Part shown: one piece after another, positions 1-11,055 of the stretch
Layout: every line of letters begins with the position of its first letter
How positions within the stretch are numbered: position 1 is the stretch's first letter
DNA from: Streblomastix strix
Lineage: Eukaryota
DNA: 33,972 nt
NCBI GenBank assembly: GCA_008636045.1
Contig: SNRW01000056.1
Coordinates: 1 to 33,972, forward strand
Reading direction: 5' to 3'
The notes under the pieces: generated by a model
The model's database searches: none
Seen by the model: the letters and a program-made list of their open reading frames with translations, nothing else
What the model was told of the DNA's origin: nothing
Program-made: the position numbers and the translations under genes

Positions 1-1040
1 ATATACACCTATGCTTTAAATCTTTGCACAAAACCAGAAATCTTGACCGACAGTAGGTTGTTCTGGATATTGGCGTATCACAGCGTTGTTGTATGTAAGG
101 ACCTAATCATTAATTAATATTTGTGTATAATAATTAGTTAGTAGTAAATAATGCAAAAAACAAACTGCATTATATGCTGTGGTCTCGAGCCAAGGGAAAA
201 TGCGTAGATGGATTTCGTCTGCTCCTTTGTAGACAACATTGCCCATCCTATATCATAAAAATATGTGAGTTATTCATAAATATTTAAATAAATATTCAAA
301 TAATTTCGCTCATGCCAATTTACAATTTTGTTTTTGTAGTTTTCATCAAAATGTCTAGAGGTCAGTCTCTTACGATCAAGAGGGAAATCACGTTCAAACT
401 CACTGAATGAAACAGTAAAGAATCTGTCAACAGCCATTTTTTGTTCAATATATAATGATATAACACTTGCAATAGAAAGATAAGCAGTTTTCCTTAATAA
501 TAAAAAAATTTTCATTAGTTCTTAACTTTGTTCTTCAATTAAAAATCTTTTTTACTTTCTTCTGTTATTCTTTAATTAAAATACTTTTAAAATATTTTAT
601 TATTTTTAATTATGTTTATAATTTAAAAATGTTATTATTAACTTATTTTCTTGAAAAAAGAAAATTGAATAATTTTCTCAAATAATAATAATATAACATC
701 AGTTTCTGCTCTAATATTCAAATAATAGAAATTATAAATAAAAGATTCATTAATTAAGAACATGTTTATTTGTATCACATTAATCAAAATCAAACAATTG
801 GTGAGTGAAAGAATATCAACTTTAAATGTCATCTAAAAGTAGTTATTAAATTAGTCACAAAAATAAAAAAAAACTAGTAAAAATTAGTTCTCGTGAATTA
901 AAAGAACAAAACAACTTCTTTATTTCAATTAGGAACCTAATAAAGAAGACGCGCAAAAGCAAGTCATTTCGATATTATCACCTATCTTGCGACCAGGGAA
1001 TGTTTTTTCAGAGATTTTGAAGAAACAGTCAATATTAGTT
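1..1040 (-). CDS. Probable host gene fragment with several short spliceosomal introns, product unknown
   Basis: ORF 270-515 reads through TAA (=Gln) to about 162 (...NIYEQLTYFYDIGWAMLSTKEQTKSIYAFSLGSRPQHIMQ). It is followed by an AT-rich GT...AG segment (~103-161/165) containing ACTAAC, then more coding-like sequence. Similar GT-AG segments lie near 585-645 and 716-779. Exact exon borders are uncertain. Confidence 0.5.
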
Positions 1041-4000
1041 TAATCAAACTTGATATTAAATTGAATTTGGGAGGCAAAAAAATTTGAAAAAAAAATATTT
1101 TTTTTGAAAGAAATAATATATATTTTTATAAAATTTTAATAAAATATATTATGAAATTATGAATATGATCATCAATATATAAATTTTGTAAAAGAATATA
1201 AAAAATATAGAATATAATAAAAAATTTATTTTGAAACAATATAGAATTTTAATAATTAAAATTTTTTAAAAAAAATATTTTGTACAAATGGCTATTTAAT
1301 ATTTTATTAAGTAATATATAAAAGTTATCTACTTAGATTAAATGCTATAATAATGCAAATAATTACCAATCTATATTTGAATTTATTGACAGATTAAATC
1401 AATTATGTATTTTTATAACTAAATTTTAAATAATCGTATATATTATTTATATTAATTAACTATTTTTCTTACATTTATCGCTGGAAGAAGTAAAATTTAA
1501 TATTTTTCAAGTCAAATTGATAAGTCATATATCATTTTGAACATTAAAATACTTGTAAAACTTATTTTCTTTGGAAATATAATGTGACGATTTTGATTTA
1601 ATCATGGCAATTTGGACTTAAAATCACGTTTTTAAAGCTCTCAATCATATCTTTTCAAATTTTTTTATCCATAAATAATTTTAATTCGGATTATAATTGA
1701 TTTTTCTAATTGAATACATTAATTAATATTCGAATCAATATAAATAAAATATTATATATGAGAATAGAACTAGAAAATAGGTTTTGTTTGATTTTCAAAA
1801 AAATAAGTTTATTACAAATTTTTGAAATGAGTTATTTAAAATAAAGAATTATAAAATTGTGCAACAATGGGGGAAAATTGCAGAAATAAATTAAATCTAT
1901 TGTTTTTATGTACTTTTAAGTCTTCAAATATATTGTTTTTGAATTAGTTTCTCTAATTTAATTTTGAAAATTTTTCCGTTATATGCAACTTAACTTAATA
2001 TCATACGAAAGTAAAACATAAATTTTTATCTAAATTTTAACTCTGATAAGATCATTTTGAATTCAATAAATTTTTCCGAAATAATTTCTATTCAAAAAAA
2101 GTTAATATTCATACATTTTTAAGTAAAATAAATGGTTTAAAAAAAATTATAACGAGTAAACCTATTACAAATCTTCTTTCCATAATTATCAGATCGAAAG
2201 ACATATTAGTAACTAAAAAACAGCTGAATGGTCTATTTGGTAGAAATTGATATTACTATGATAGTAATTGAAATAGTTTTGAATTATTAGAATAAATATG
2301 ATTTATTCATATGTGAGATTGGAATGCACTTTTCATTAATGGCTAAAATAATAAGATCAAATTCTTTACCAAATTAATTTCGAATAAATTAAATCAAATA
2401 TGAAAAAACAAATTGTATTATATCCATAAATCATAAATTTAGGAAATTTATGTTATAATTAAGTAAACGAAATAATGAATCTTGCTTGAAGAAGTAGAAT
2501 AAGGTAAATTAATATCATACCTTCCTGCACATATATATTTATTTAAAAATATAACCTAAAGGTTAAGTTATTAGGTTATTTAGTAATAAGCCACGTTAAA
2601 AGTAAAGAAAAAGAAAATAGAATAACTATTTCTAGTTATAATAATTTAATTTCATCCATATAATATGTTATAGATTTCTTTGAACAAGTTTTAATTTACA
2701 AAAATCGCAAATAATTTTAAGATGCATTTGATATCTGATGTGTATATTTACGTAAAGTTTGAAATAAAAATGGTATTTGAAGATTAACATATTTGTTTCT
2801 AATACCGCTAAAAATAATGATAAATAATTTGCCTTTCAATTAATTAAATTGCAAGAGGATATATAGAGATATATAGAATGTATCGAATCAGTAATCTCTT
2901 CGATGCAAAAATTAGTGATAATTTGTACGAGGAGAGATACATATTGTAATTTATTCAATTAGCATTATTATATATTGACTTCCTATTTCAGGTAAAGCAA
3001 TTACAACATTGAAAGCTCAATATGATTAGAAAAGAGGATATTAATGTTACACTAAAAATCCACATTAAAATTTATATGTATTCGATGTGTCAGCGCTTCA
3101 TAGAAAATATAATCAGAAAGTAATTGATATTTAGAATGATTAATCAATGTTATAAATAAATCTTTATCTATTCTAATTCAAAATTGATGAGAAAACAGAT
3201 TTCATTATTTTTTTCGCAAAATTTCATCAATCTTGACTTCAATGAAGAAATTTGTCTGATATTATTTTAAATTGATCCGTAAATTATAGATAATAAGCAA
3301 GTATTATTCATTGCAGATTAGTAAATACAATAATGATTCATATATTGTTCCGTATTCTTGAATTATGGATTTATCTAAGGTATTTATACGTCCAGAGCAA
3401 AAATAACTCGAATAAATTGATTTTTTAAGAATTAATGAAAAATTTAGAAGGTAATTTTATTAGAAGCTAGTCGAATGCAATTTGTTCTGCAAGTATTTTA
3501 CAACTTGAAATTTAGTTATTTATTCTCAAATGGAACCATAATTCAATTCAAAATAACCAGATATTTCATTATCTTTGACTTTAAAACAGTTTAAAAAAAA
3601 CTTAATATCCAACTCTGCAAAATATCATAATTTGTAGGCCATGATTAGCAAAATAGATTTTTTATGATTTATAAAAATTTATTATAATTAATCAAGTTTA
3701 AATATGTAAATTATTAACTTATGCGAAATTGTATTATTTCAAATTACAAAAACTACTCTTTAATTATATGTATTTGCGGTAATTTGTGCAAAAATCTTTA
3801 AAATTTTCATGTACATGGGTGTCCGGGTACAAAACTCTGTGCGGTCCCAAAAGGAATAATTGCAATTAAATTGATTAATCAATTAAAATAGTAATATTTA
3901 ATTTAAAAAAAATATTAATTTATAATGTTAATATTGAATTTAAAATATTATAATAACACAAAAATTTATTTTTAATAAAATAAATTTGTTTAAAAATTTT

Positions 4001-4877
4001 TTTAAAATTTCAAAGAAAAAATTAATTAATTAAATTTTATTTTCATTTTAATGATTTTTTTCTATTAATTAATTTGAGACTGAAATAATTATATATTTCT
4101 TTAAATTATTTATTATTAAATGATGAATTTTTATTAAATATTTCTATTAATTATTTTCAATCAAATTTTAATTTTTAAAAATATAAATGTATAATTTAAA
4201 TATGTTTTTCAATATTAATTTTTTAGTTCGTAATTGTTTTAATATTTAAATCAAAATTAAATTTTAATTCGCATATTTTAATTTGCTAAATATATCTTAT
4301 TTAGTAATAAATTTCAAATGAGTTATGACCTAAAAAAAAATTAACATAAATTTCGAAGGCTTTAGTTTTCTTATCTGTTTCTTCCTAAAATTTTAGGTTT
4401 TAGAATTTAATATTTTAAAAATATTTATAAATAATAATGTTGCTGAAAAATTTTCTTTACACTTATTTCTATTCTAAACTAATTACAAAATATGGATGAT
4501 CATTTGAGTGATTCCCATCAAAAAAACTTTTAAAAATTTCATTAAAAAAATTAAATAAATTATTAGTAAACTAACGCATTGTACTGGAGCAAGTGCCTTA
4601 AATTAAAGCCCTTATAAAGAAATGATGCAATTTTTCTTATTGTGTTAATTTCCTATTCATTTTTACTTTTCAAATTATTCTCTTCATTCAATAGCATATA
4701 TTACATACTTCATTTATAAATTCTATTTAAAAAAAATAGATTAATTAACTTGAAAAAATATGGATATGACATTTTTCCTAATTTAGTTTCGGAGATATAT
4801 TCTTGATACAATGATTTTAATGGTTAATGATATTATCCTAAATTTATTTATTTTTATTTTTCATCTCTTATAGTGGG

Positions 4878-4940
4878 AATAATTCAAACTTTGGCAGAAA
4901 TAATTCAAAGTTTTATTCGAATAATTCAAAGTTTTGCAGA
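4878..4940 (+). repeat. Three imperfect ~21-bp tandem copies of AATAATTCAAAGTTTT(GCAG)
   Basis: aataattcaaactttggcag / aataattcaaagttttattc / aataattcaaagttttgcag read directly from the sequence. Confidence 0.8.
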
Positions 4941-5059
4941 TGCATTTTTTTCAAAATTAAGAAAACTAACTTATATTATGTAATTAAACATCATATTACT
5001 GCTACTTTTCAACTCGGGCATGTTCTAAAAAATTTCTTGGGTGTGGCGGTAAATCGATA

Positions 5060-5436
5060 TTTAACTTATTTCTAGAATATTAGAAATGAGATAATAAATC
5101 AATAATTATTTATTCTACTTAAGTTCTTTTAGGTTTTGTTCTTCTTTTATAATTCCCATTTGCAGATAATCAGCGTTAATTAATAAGTTAATTATTACTA
5201 CAGTCATGGTTGATATTGCCAACTTTTTTATTTAGGTCATCAGTTGGAAAAATTTAAATAGCAGCTAATATATGAATACCGTAAGTAGTTCCATTCAGTC
5301 CAACTTATTAATAGCCACCTTTTTTTTCAGTTGAGATCTTTGACTCAAATCTAACAGATTTACGTCTAATTTCTCTTGGATATTCGATGGTAATTTCATA
5401 AATAGGTTCAACGGTAAGAGTAGTAAATTATTACAT
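5060..5436 (-). pseudogene. HNH endonuclease (HNH_3-like), degraded
   Basis: MQQFTTLTVEPIYEITIEYPREIRRK...GGYQQVGLNGTTYGIHILAAIQIFPTDDLNKKVGNINHDCSNNQLINQR*LS matches the H.L.A..F....VDHIN.D..NN...NLRW pattern, with the catalytic DH decayed and W>TGA. The 3' end is approximate. Confidence 0.75.
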
Positions 5437-5560
5437 TTATTACTCAGATAAAAAAATAAAAATAAAAATAATTATGATTATTTCTACCAGACAATTTTGT
5501 CTGCATAATTTTTTTAAGCAAATTTTTTGTGTCGGCTGAAATTCGGCTAACCCAATTTTA

Positions 5561-6142
5561 TCAATAAATATCGAATTAACTATATTTCTTTTGGGCCTAT
5601 TAGCGATACTATTATTGTTATTACTATCCTTATTCTTCTTATTCACTAACTTCCTGTTCAATTTATACTTATTTTGGCTTTTATTTAACTTATTTTAACG
5701 CCATCAATTTATTTATATATTTTTCATTCTATTTAATTGCTTCAACATGCCACTATTTTATAATTTTATTCTCTGTTCCAAGGGAAATTAGGTCTTCTAA
5801 ATCTAATTAAGGATTATTATATTTAATTTTTGGTTTGTTTTATACTTTCAATTTAATCGATTATAGTTTAATTTCTACCTATTAATCTTATTCTTCATCA
5901 AAATAATCCTCGATTGAATCTGAATCAAATAATAATTTCTTTTCTTATTATTATTTTTATGGAGTGCCTCCTGCTTACATCATTAATTTATTCTATTAAG
6001 CATAAATAACAATTTTTAACCCTTCCATTCCATCTTCGAAACACTTAATTTATTTCATATCTCGAATAAAATATCCCCCATCAAAATATTCAGTATTCGT
6101 ACTATTTTCCATCATAAACTTATACGCTTATGATTTGTCCAT
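5561..6142 (-). pseudogene. Viral hypothetical protein X (copy A), frameshifted
   Basis: MDKSQAYKFMMENSTNTEYFDGGYFI...LDLEDLISLGTENKIIKQWHVEAIKQNEKY...FDIY*. Aligns by eye with 29506-30170. Confidence 0.7.
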
Positions 6143-6173
6143 TTAATAATCAAGAAATTTTTTTTGAATTTAA

Positions 6174-6958
6174 ATGTTACGTGGAGTTGAAAGGAATTAA
6201 TTGCTACTCTCTAGAAGTAAAAAATAATTGAAAGAACTAACTGACCCAAATATCTAATAAAAATTATAGTACATAGATAATTTAATTTCAAAAGTAATAT
6301 TAAATGAAGCTAATTAATCCAACTGCTAATCATCCATTGATGAAACTTCTGTAATTTCACCACATTAACAGGAGCACAACAAATCAAAAGAATCAATGAG
6401 ACACTGGAATAAAAATAAATACACTGACGCTGATAGATGAACAGCTTAAGTTACTCCATATAAAATTATAGATAAATTATCCCAGCAATTAGTCCAACCA
6501 TCAATTCAACCATTAGTTCAGCTATTATATCAACTGTTAGCCCAACCATAAGTAATTGACAATCATTTGAACGCGTATTTATCTCACCCTAATCTGGAAG
6601 TTATGAAGTTTGTTTTGGATTATATATAGAAGACTGTAACATATAGAAATAAAGGTGATGATTTCATTCTATCCTCAGATAATTTTATTAAATTTTGGTC
6701 TATAGTAATACAAAAGAAGGAAGATGATATAAAAATTGAACTAGAAGAAAGTATAATTGCAACACACTCATGTCTAAATAAATAATATAAGAAGAAAGAA
6801 ATAGGAAGAGTGATTGACGTTTTGATAAAAAATGTTTCGATTAATGCTACGGATAATATACTCTGGAATAGTGTTGAGAAATTATATATATGACTAACAA
6901 AGATCTAGTTAGGTTAAGTGAAGTTCCTGCAATTGATATTGATCCTACTGAATTTTGA
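6174..6958 (+). pseudogene. Viral hypothetical protein Y (copy A)
   Basis: ...YLSHPNLEVMKFVLD...KFWSIVIQ...KQYKKKEIGRVIDVLIKNVSINATDNILWNSVEKLY. One internal TGA and a late frameshift. Homologous to 30212-30971. Confidence 0.75.
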
Positions 6959-6986
6959 ACATTAATTATTTTTATACAAACTATAA

Positions 6987-7302
6987 ATGTAATAATAAAC
7001 CAATTGGGAAACATTAAAAGTAAATTCTAATTATTAAATTTTGACTACTGAGCCTCATGTATTTAGAAGAATCGAAAATAGTTATATTCCTATAATTAGA
7101 TACGATTTAATAAAACCAACGTAATAATATAAATATGGATGAAAAATTATTTTTTATTAATAGAGTGATTGCTACTTACTTTATTCCAAATAATGATAAT
7201 AAATAATCGATTTCTAATATTAACAATAATATGTTAGATAATAGAATTGAGAACTTGTGGTGGACAGATTTTGATATATATTATGAAAATATTTTATTTT
7301 GA
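6987..7302 (+). pseudogene. Second HNH-like endonuclease, degenerate
   Basis: MQQQTNWETLKVNSNYQILTTEPHVFRRIEN... then a frameshift to RVIATYFIPNNDNKQSISNINNNMLDNRIENLWW. Same layout as the 5060-5436 gene. Confidence 0.65.
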
Positions 7303-7378
7303 TAAGCTTATTAATCATATCGCTAATTTCTAAGCTAATTTTCGCTTTAATTTTATTCTATTTTTAGAATTAATTTAA

Positions 7379-8497
7379 ATGGATGACCTTGAACTTCAAA
7401 CTTAGGAACAATTATAAGCGATGAAAGATGAATTAGATAAAATAAGAGAAATCGATAATGAATAAAAATAATTTAAATTATTACGTGAGAAACTAACTCC
7501 CTTCATTAAATAATAAATAATTAAATTCTTTACTTATTTTAGTAAATATATATCAGGAAATCAAGAGTTTATGTTACACTAGATACAGAATAAATAATCA
7601 CCGGTAAAAGGACCATTAACGCACTAACAGCTAATTATTTAACTAGTACAATTCAGGCTAACTTAAGTGAAATTATGGCAAGTGATATTGAAGCAACATA
7701 AATTAAATTATTTAATCTTACTGCAATCCGGATTCTATTAGCAAATGGTGATACAGCTTCTTTAGATTAATTTTACTAAAATAGCGACCATTTGCTTTTG
7801 GAGATCTAACTCTATAGCCAACTCAAGATGACGATACCAAATTAGGTGGATTAAAATAAATAGGGGAATACATTAAAATTTAGATAGTAATATTTATTTT
7901 GGAACTAATGTTTATAATAACATAGTTATAATCGACGGCCATCTTTAATTAATTCCTAAGTTAGAATATAGTTGGGCTTTTTCTTCCAAATTAATTAATA
8001 CAATTACGAAATTACGAAATGAATATCCATTCCAGATATAGAAAACGAGTGATGTAAATAATATAAATAAGGGATTATATATCGATAAAGATTGTAGTTA
8101 ATTAATATTCTACGGATAACTTATTTCACCATAAACTGCGAAAAGGGGTCAATTTCACATAGCGGATAATGTAACTGGGTTGTTTTAAGATTCCTTAGTT
8201 TTACATAGTAGCGGAATAGTTTATGTTAGCTTATATCTCCATTGAGCTTCTTATGGTGGGACAACTTACGATTAAATAATAATGAGGAGCATTGATGATG
8301 ATTTTATCCCTCAATTTATCGATACACTTTATATGTAACATTTAACTACTTCATCAGCCAATATAAATTAATATCTGGATTGTATAATAAATCAGCTAGG
8401 ACAAAAAATTATTATTTCTAATTCTCATATATCAATTCCAGTATCATTAAATGTGGAAATTAACGGAACTAATTTTATCAATACTATTTAAAATTGA
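7379..8497 (+). pseudogene. Short fibre/spike-like structural protein (copy A)
   Basis: Coiled-coil-like N-terminus, then VTLDTEQIITGKRT and ILLANGD motifs shared with the other fibre-like genes here, and a beta-rich C-terminus. Several frameshifts. Confidence 0.55.
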
Positions 8498-8692
8498 AAG
8501 CATAAGGGGTTCATAGTAAGGTTAATTATTTAGTTATTTTAAGGTAGTTTATTTTTTCGTTAATTATCTTGCTAATTGTTGGTCAGAGAAAAGATAGATT
8601 GCACCTACGTTCTAAATTCCAAAAATAGTTGGAGATCATTGGTTGGGCTAATTTATAACACTAATTATAGAACTAATTATCACGCTAATATA

Positions 8693-9720
8693 TCAATTTT
8701 ATCGTTTAAATATATCGAAAATATTTAATGATTTGTTTATTAAGATAAATTCATATTTCTATAAACTGTTATAAATATTGATTAATTCTTATTCATTTAA
8801 TTTTTATACATTATTTTCTTCATATATTTATTTCAAATCTTACTCGAATATGTTAGCCCCAACTGCAATTATATGGAAAAATACACGGGCTGATTTAAAC
8901 AAATAACTTGGCCTTTACGCGCAGAAGAATATGGTTTTTTTACTATGACGACTATCGGAAATCAAATGTGTAATAGATCTAGCTAGCTCACTAGTGTATC
9001 ATTAAATATCAGTATTTGACACAATATCATCAAAGATCATTAATGTGGAAAGTAATTTTGAGCTCTTTAATATTGTTATTTTTAGAATTCTTATTCCCCA
9101 TCTTGTTCTATTACCTTAAATTTTTTAGAATATTTAACCCCTCTAATTATCTGGGGAACATTGAATCGCATACTAGTTGTAGGCTATCTAAATTCATTAA
9201 TAAATTTTATACATTCCAATTGGAAAATATCTCGTAGTCTGTGTTGATACTATTTATCTGTTTCTTATTCGCCTCGTTAATCTTTTTATTTAATATTTTC
9301 GACTATTGATTCTTTCATTCTAGTTATATAATCAGAGTCATATTTAATATCTCATTCTTATAATTTCCAATAGGTATAAATTTCCTTAACTTTATATTTA
9401 ATTTAATCGAATTACGGTAGAAAAGATTGAGCTTCTGCATAAGTTATATTAATTAATTTTATACTCTTATTATTTAAATTAATCACCATTGTTTCATCCG
9501 GTCCAAAGTTAGAGAAATATAATGTGTAAGGATTAATGTACCGTTAATATAATACAAATAATTTCGCCATTAGAGTCGTTTTGCAATTTCCAACCGATCC
9601 AACAATATAATGATTTGCGTTAATGAGAAAGATAGAATGTGAGGCTTGGGGTCTAATTTTATATTTCTCTAATAGTGATTAATACTCGAATGATACTTAA
9701 TTTATTTATTAGGTGTTCAT
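8693..9720 (-). pseudogene. A32/FtsK-HerA-type packaging ATPase, type 2 (copy A)
   Basis: Walker A NHYIVGSVGNCKTTL (G>C decay), Walker B LMIFDDI, Arg-finger/Gln region SDSRHSKKTIFFCAQRP. One frameshift and internal TGAs. Confidence 0.85.
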
Positions 9721-9734
9721 TTAAGTAAATATAA

Positions 9735-10150
9735 ATGAATGTGATTAGTGTAATATAATTAATTTTAAATTATTTATTTTATGGGATTAATTTCATTGTA
9801 CCAATTATCTCAGTTAGTATACCAATCTAATATATTTCACTGATTAAACAATTATGGGATACCTTTATAAAATTTTAGTTCTTGTTAATATGATTGTATA
9901 CATAATTTAATTTTGCTATCGTTGAAAGAAGATGAAATAAATTAACGAATCACCATTCAAATAATTTACTGTTTAATAATTAGAAGAACTAATTATGGAT
10001 GCTATTAAAAAAAATAATATAAAACTAGCGATGGAATATAGGTATTAGTTATATTTGAAGCTAATGAATAATTCTCCCTGAAATTAGCGTAAAAATTAGT
10101 TTAAAAATTAACTTAAATAATTTCAACTTAGATTTAATATTATTTGTTGT
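9735..10150 (+). pseudogene. Small membrane protein (copy A)
   Basis: MNVISVIQLILNYLFYGINFIVPIISVSIP...LIKQLW...YQLYLKL. Homologous to 31925-32320. Frameshifted, and the end is approximate. Confidence 0.6.
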
Positions 10151-10175
10151 ATGTGAAAAATAAAAGTAATAGCTC

Positions 10176-10496
10176 ATGTATAATACAAGACGAAAATTAC
10201 CAACTTTTATTGATAATTAATCAGCGTTAGTTTATGCAGATAAATAATATATATCTGATGGGGTTGCTAGCAACTTCGCATTAAAAATAAATATAGATGG
10301 AAAATTAATAGGTCACGATCTACATGTGCTAAATAAAGATTTTATATAATAAATAAATCAAATGTAATAATAGATAAATTAATTATAATAGTAATTGGGA
10401 ACTTATGAAACATGTACGGTTAATGCAAAAAGTGATTTAATTTGAATTTAATAAGAGCTAGATAGATAAATTCATTTTCTTGGATATTACCTACTA
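10176..10496 (+). pseudogene. N-terminal fragment of long fibre-like protein 2 (copy A), truncated
   Basis: IDNQSALVYA...NFALKIN...LNKDF...RQIHFLGYYLL matches IDDQNSLIYA...NYAMKLE...LNEDF...RQTHFRVFYLL at 33439+. Similarity stops abruptly at ~10496. Confidence 0.7.
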
Positions 10497-11055
10497 GAAG
10501 GGAGATACGATGAAATTGATGGAAAGTGTTTTTCTAGAGTTATTTGAAGATAAATAATATAATAACTAATTAATAAAGGAATTTATTAAAGTTATCAAAG
10601 AATGACTGTAAAAGTAAATACGATGAAAATTAATGTAATTTAATTATTAGTAATGAAGTCAGAAAATAATTTAAAAAGTATATTATTTGGGGTAATTAGG
10701 ATTAACTTAGAGGTGTCATGGTGCTCGGTGCTCGAGGTCATTTGACTTTATAAAAGTGAGTGTTAATGATGATTTGACATGAGGCAATACGCTGTAAGAT
10801 ACGTATTCTTAGAAATGGTGCTTAATAAGAGGAATGATGTCTGAAAACTGAATAAAATAAGTAACTAGACTATAGAATTAACAGTATGAATAAGAATCGC
10901 TAGTTAAAATAAAAATTAACAATGAATTACTATATATTTCATTACATAGCTAGAAAAACACATGCCTCATCAACTTCGTCATATCTCACTTCTGTATATA
11001 AGAATGAAGTTTACTTGATGATATCGGTAGAAAATAAGTGATGGAATCATTTTCA

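Larger units (their letters stand above)
5050..10500. mobile_element. Degraded Maverick/Polinton-like virus fragment A
   Basis: Dense, intronless code-6 genes, six of which are homologous to genes at 29506-33972 that sit beside the integrase and pPolB. Boundaries are approximate and no TIR was seen. Confidence 0.8.

Noticed and set aside
2480..3560. Possible degraded intron-containing gene on the + strand
   Set aside because: Some exon-like stretches and GT-AG pairs exist, but there is no consistent frame or recognisable motif.
3811..5050. DNA transposon bounded by GC-rich patches at ~3815-3855 and ~5010-5050
   Set aside because: No convincing terminal inverted repeat or target-site duplication could be matched.
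10500..10930. Coding-like segment between element A and the primase-helicase
   Set aside because: All plus-strand frames are interrupted by TGA and no motif was recognised.
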